64,000 nt of DNA from contig OZ038378.1 of the NCBI GenBank assembly GCA_964036045.1, positions 108,810,001-108,874,000 on the forward strand, given 5' to 3'. Below, piece after piece: positions 62,230 to 64,000 of the stretch. This DNA comes from Eutreptiella sp. 'Long Island Sound 2002' (Eukaryota; Protista; Euglenida). Made by a program: the position numbers and the translations under genes. Each line of letters starts with the position of its first letter. Position 1 is the first letter of the stretch. The notes beneath the pieces are model-generated. The model ran no database searches, was not told the DNA's origin, and saw only the letters and a program-made list of their open reading frames with translations.

Positions 62230-63060
62230 CTTGGCGGAGCACCGCAGCGACCATGGGGAACGGAAATTCCATATGGCTACAACTGGTGTTGGCTGGGTAC
62301 CACGCTGCAGCGCCTCCTTGTGGCGGTCCGGTGGACATGGAGGACAACACCAAGATCGCCTTGATGAGGGGGGTGTCTGGGGGACATTGTGGCAGGAAAT
62401 TGTGGCACATGTGGGAGGCGGTGCGTACAATCCGCAGGACATTGCTGAAAGGTTTGCCCTGAAGGGTGCCATGGATGGGACGGTGTGCTGATTCAGCGGG
62501 CGGTGCAAGTGCAAAGCCTTTGCACCAAAATTCCAATGGATGCGGCAGGCAGAGATGGCGGAATGTTGGAAGTACATGGTGCCCAAGCTCACGGTCGCTG
62601 GGGTGGTCGATTTGTCATGTTGTCCGTCCTCCGAGCAGTTCTGGCAACGGTGTGGTGAGTGTAGGGTAAAGTTTCTATGGGAGGGGGGGGGGACAGGCAT
62701 GCCAGCACAGGTACTGCATGTGACGAATCAAGGGCCGTGTGTACGACAGCGCATGAAGGAGGGAATGAAGGGGCAACCTGTTGGCGTACCTGTTACCCCC
62801 CCCCTTGTGCGTGTGGGGGTGACCTGCGAGAGGCACCAATGTATGCATCTTTGGTGTTCAATGAAGTCGTGGGGTTACATGTCCACAACCAACAAGAGTA
62901 CAAGTTGGTTGTGGACCATGAATTTCTCGATGTCTTGCGATGGCAATGGTCCTTGCATGCCATGGTGGTGCACGTTGGATCAACGAAGGAGGAGGGTCAC
63001 TTTGTGGTGTATGTCGTTTTTAACGACAAGCGGTGGCTATGTGATGACACCACAGTAAAG
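62230..63060 (+). pseudogene. Ubiquitin-specific protease (USP/C19)-like domain
   Basis: Degenerate Cys box GNGNSIWLQLVL, FQWMRQAEMAECW (QxDxxE-like), His box VVHVGSTKEEGHFVVYV...WLCDDTTV. Confidence 0.72.
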
Positions 63061-63200
63061 GCCATGAGCCCACCCCCCCATCCACGAAAAGCAACTTTTC
63101 TGTTGCACAAGCGCAAACAAACCGATCTGATTGTACCAGACATGCCGCAGTCTGCCTCCCAACGGACAGGGGCTTCAGCCCTTGGCAAGACACGGGATGC

Positions 63201-63460
63201 CCAGAGCACACCTATTGACACCTCGGTGCGAGCCATGGCGCTGGCACCAGGTGCCCCCCCCCCCCCCCCCCCTCCTGCAACACAGGGTGCATCAAGGGTT
63301 GGGGACACAAACAGGACTATGCAGGCCCACAGCAAGCCTATTGACTCCTTTGTGCACAGCCATGGCGCTGGCCCCCCCCCTCCCCAACTGCAACACAAAG
63401 TGCATCAAGGGTAGGGGACCGGAACATGAGTATGCATGCCAAGAGCACACCTGTTGACAT
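63201..63460 (+). repeat. ~120-bp tandem repeat (about 2.3 copies) within the polyprotein
   Basis: cct(a/g)ttgac...gccatggcgctgg...ctgcaacaca..gtgcatcaaggg recurs. Confidence 0.75.
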
Positions 63461-64000
63461 GTGTGTGTGTGTGTGCCGTGGAGCCGCTACAACATGTATT
63501 TGATGACCAGCAGGACCTGATGTCCGTTGATGCAAAGCAGTCGTCCTCAGAATTTGTTAAGGCAGTGGCACAGTTGTTGCAGAAGCGCAAGGTGCGAGTG
63601 GCAAGGCATCTGCAACTGCGTGTTGAAGCACACCGGATGCAAGTTAGAGCACATCATGCAAAAGAGTGGGATGAGCGGCATGCAGAGCATGGCATGTCAG
63701 GAACGTCAGTGGCACAGTTAGTGGATCAAGACAGGTTGTGGACCATTGCATTGGATGCATCAGGGAAGGATGCATTGTGCGTGCTCATGCAGGCTACTCC
63801 CATGCAACTGGACAGTGGTCCGAAAACACTGCAAGTGTTTGTAGACGCTCATTGGCAATATCAGTTTACGACAAGTGGGGGTGTTGAGTGTGTATTCTGT
63901 GCATGGGCTAATGTGTGTGGCGGTCCTGGGGTGGCGTGTCCCCCTCGGGCCAGTGAAGCCTTGGTATTGGGAACATATAAGTGAAGGGATGTGTATGAAG

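Larger units (their letters stand above)
59733..64000 (+). pseudogene. 3' continuation of the giant polyprotein (OTU-like, 2OG-Fe(II) dioxygenase, USP), running off the window
   Basis: Colinear + strand ORF fragments 59724, 59986, 60379, 61162, 61510, 61716, 62253, 62540, 62677 and 63436, broken by isolated stops and frameshifts. Confidence 0.7.

Noticed and set aside
30077-63984. Reassigned genetic code (TAG/TGA read-through as in Blastocrithidia) to explain in-frame stops
   Set aside because: Stops fall where different residues are expected (Tyr in QYRM, Cys in the OTU box) and coexist with frameshifts and an inversion, so pseudogenisation is simpler.

Overview
Repeat-dense eukaryotic DNA at roughly 50% GC, with no rRNA, tRNA, CRISPR array or prokaryotic operon recognised. 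A euglenozoan (euglenid-like) origin is inferred from the VIPER/TATE-type retroelement architecture, not proven. Main contents: (1) an exact 4-copy head-to-tail array of a ~4.78-kb unit (5788-24932), each copy carrying an intact, apparently intronless polyprenol reductase (SRD5A3/DFG10-like) ORF; (2) a decayed tyrosine-recombinase retrotransposon (gag-YR-RT-RNaseH order, split direct repeats; ~29891-35579); (3) a decayed DDE-transposase-like gene with an in-frame 471-bp triplication (37056-40785); (4) the most unusual feature, a decayed, apparently intronless reading region of at least 8.4 kb (48625 to beyond 64000) with the domain order 32-aa repeats, Upf1-like SF1 helicase, OTU-like protease, 2OG-Fe(II) dioxygenase, USP deubiquitinase. 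It carries a 367-bp internal inversion and is split by a 6.9-kb insertion of a 52-bp double-palindrome satellite flanked by CACG direct repeats. Removing that insertion rejoins the frame. The satellite is itself interrupted by a 2.3-kb retroposon-like insert with a 95-bp target duplication. All domain calls come from reading motifs by eye; no database search was run.
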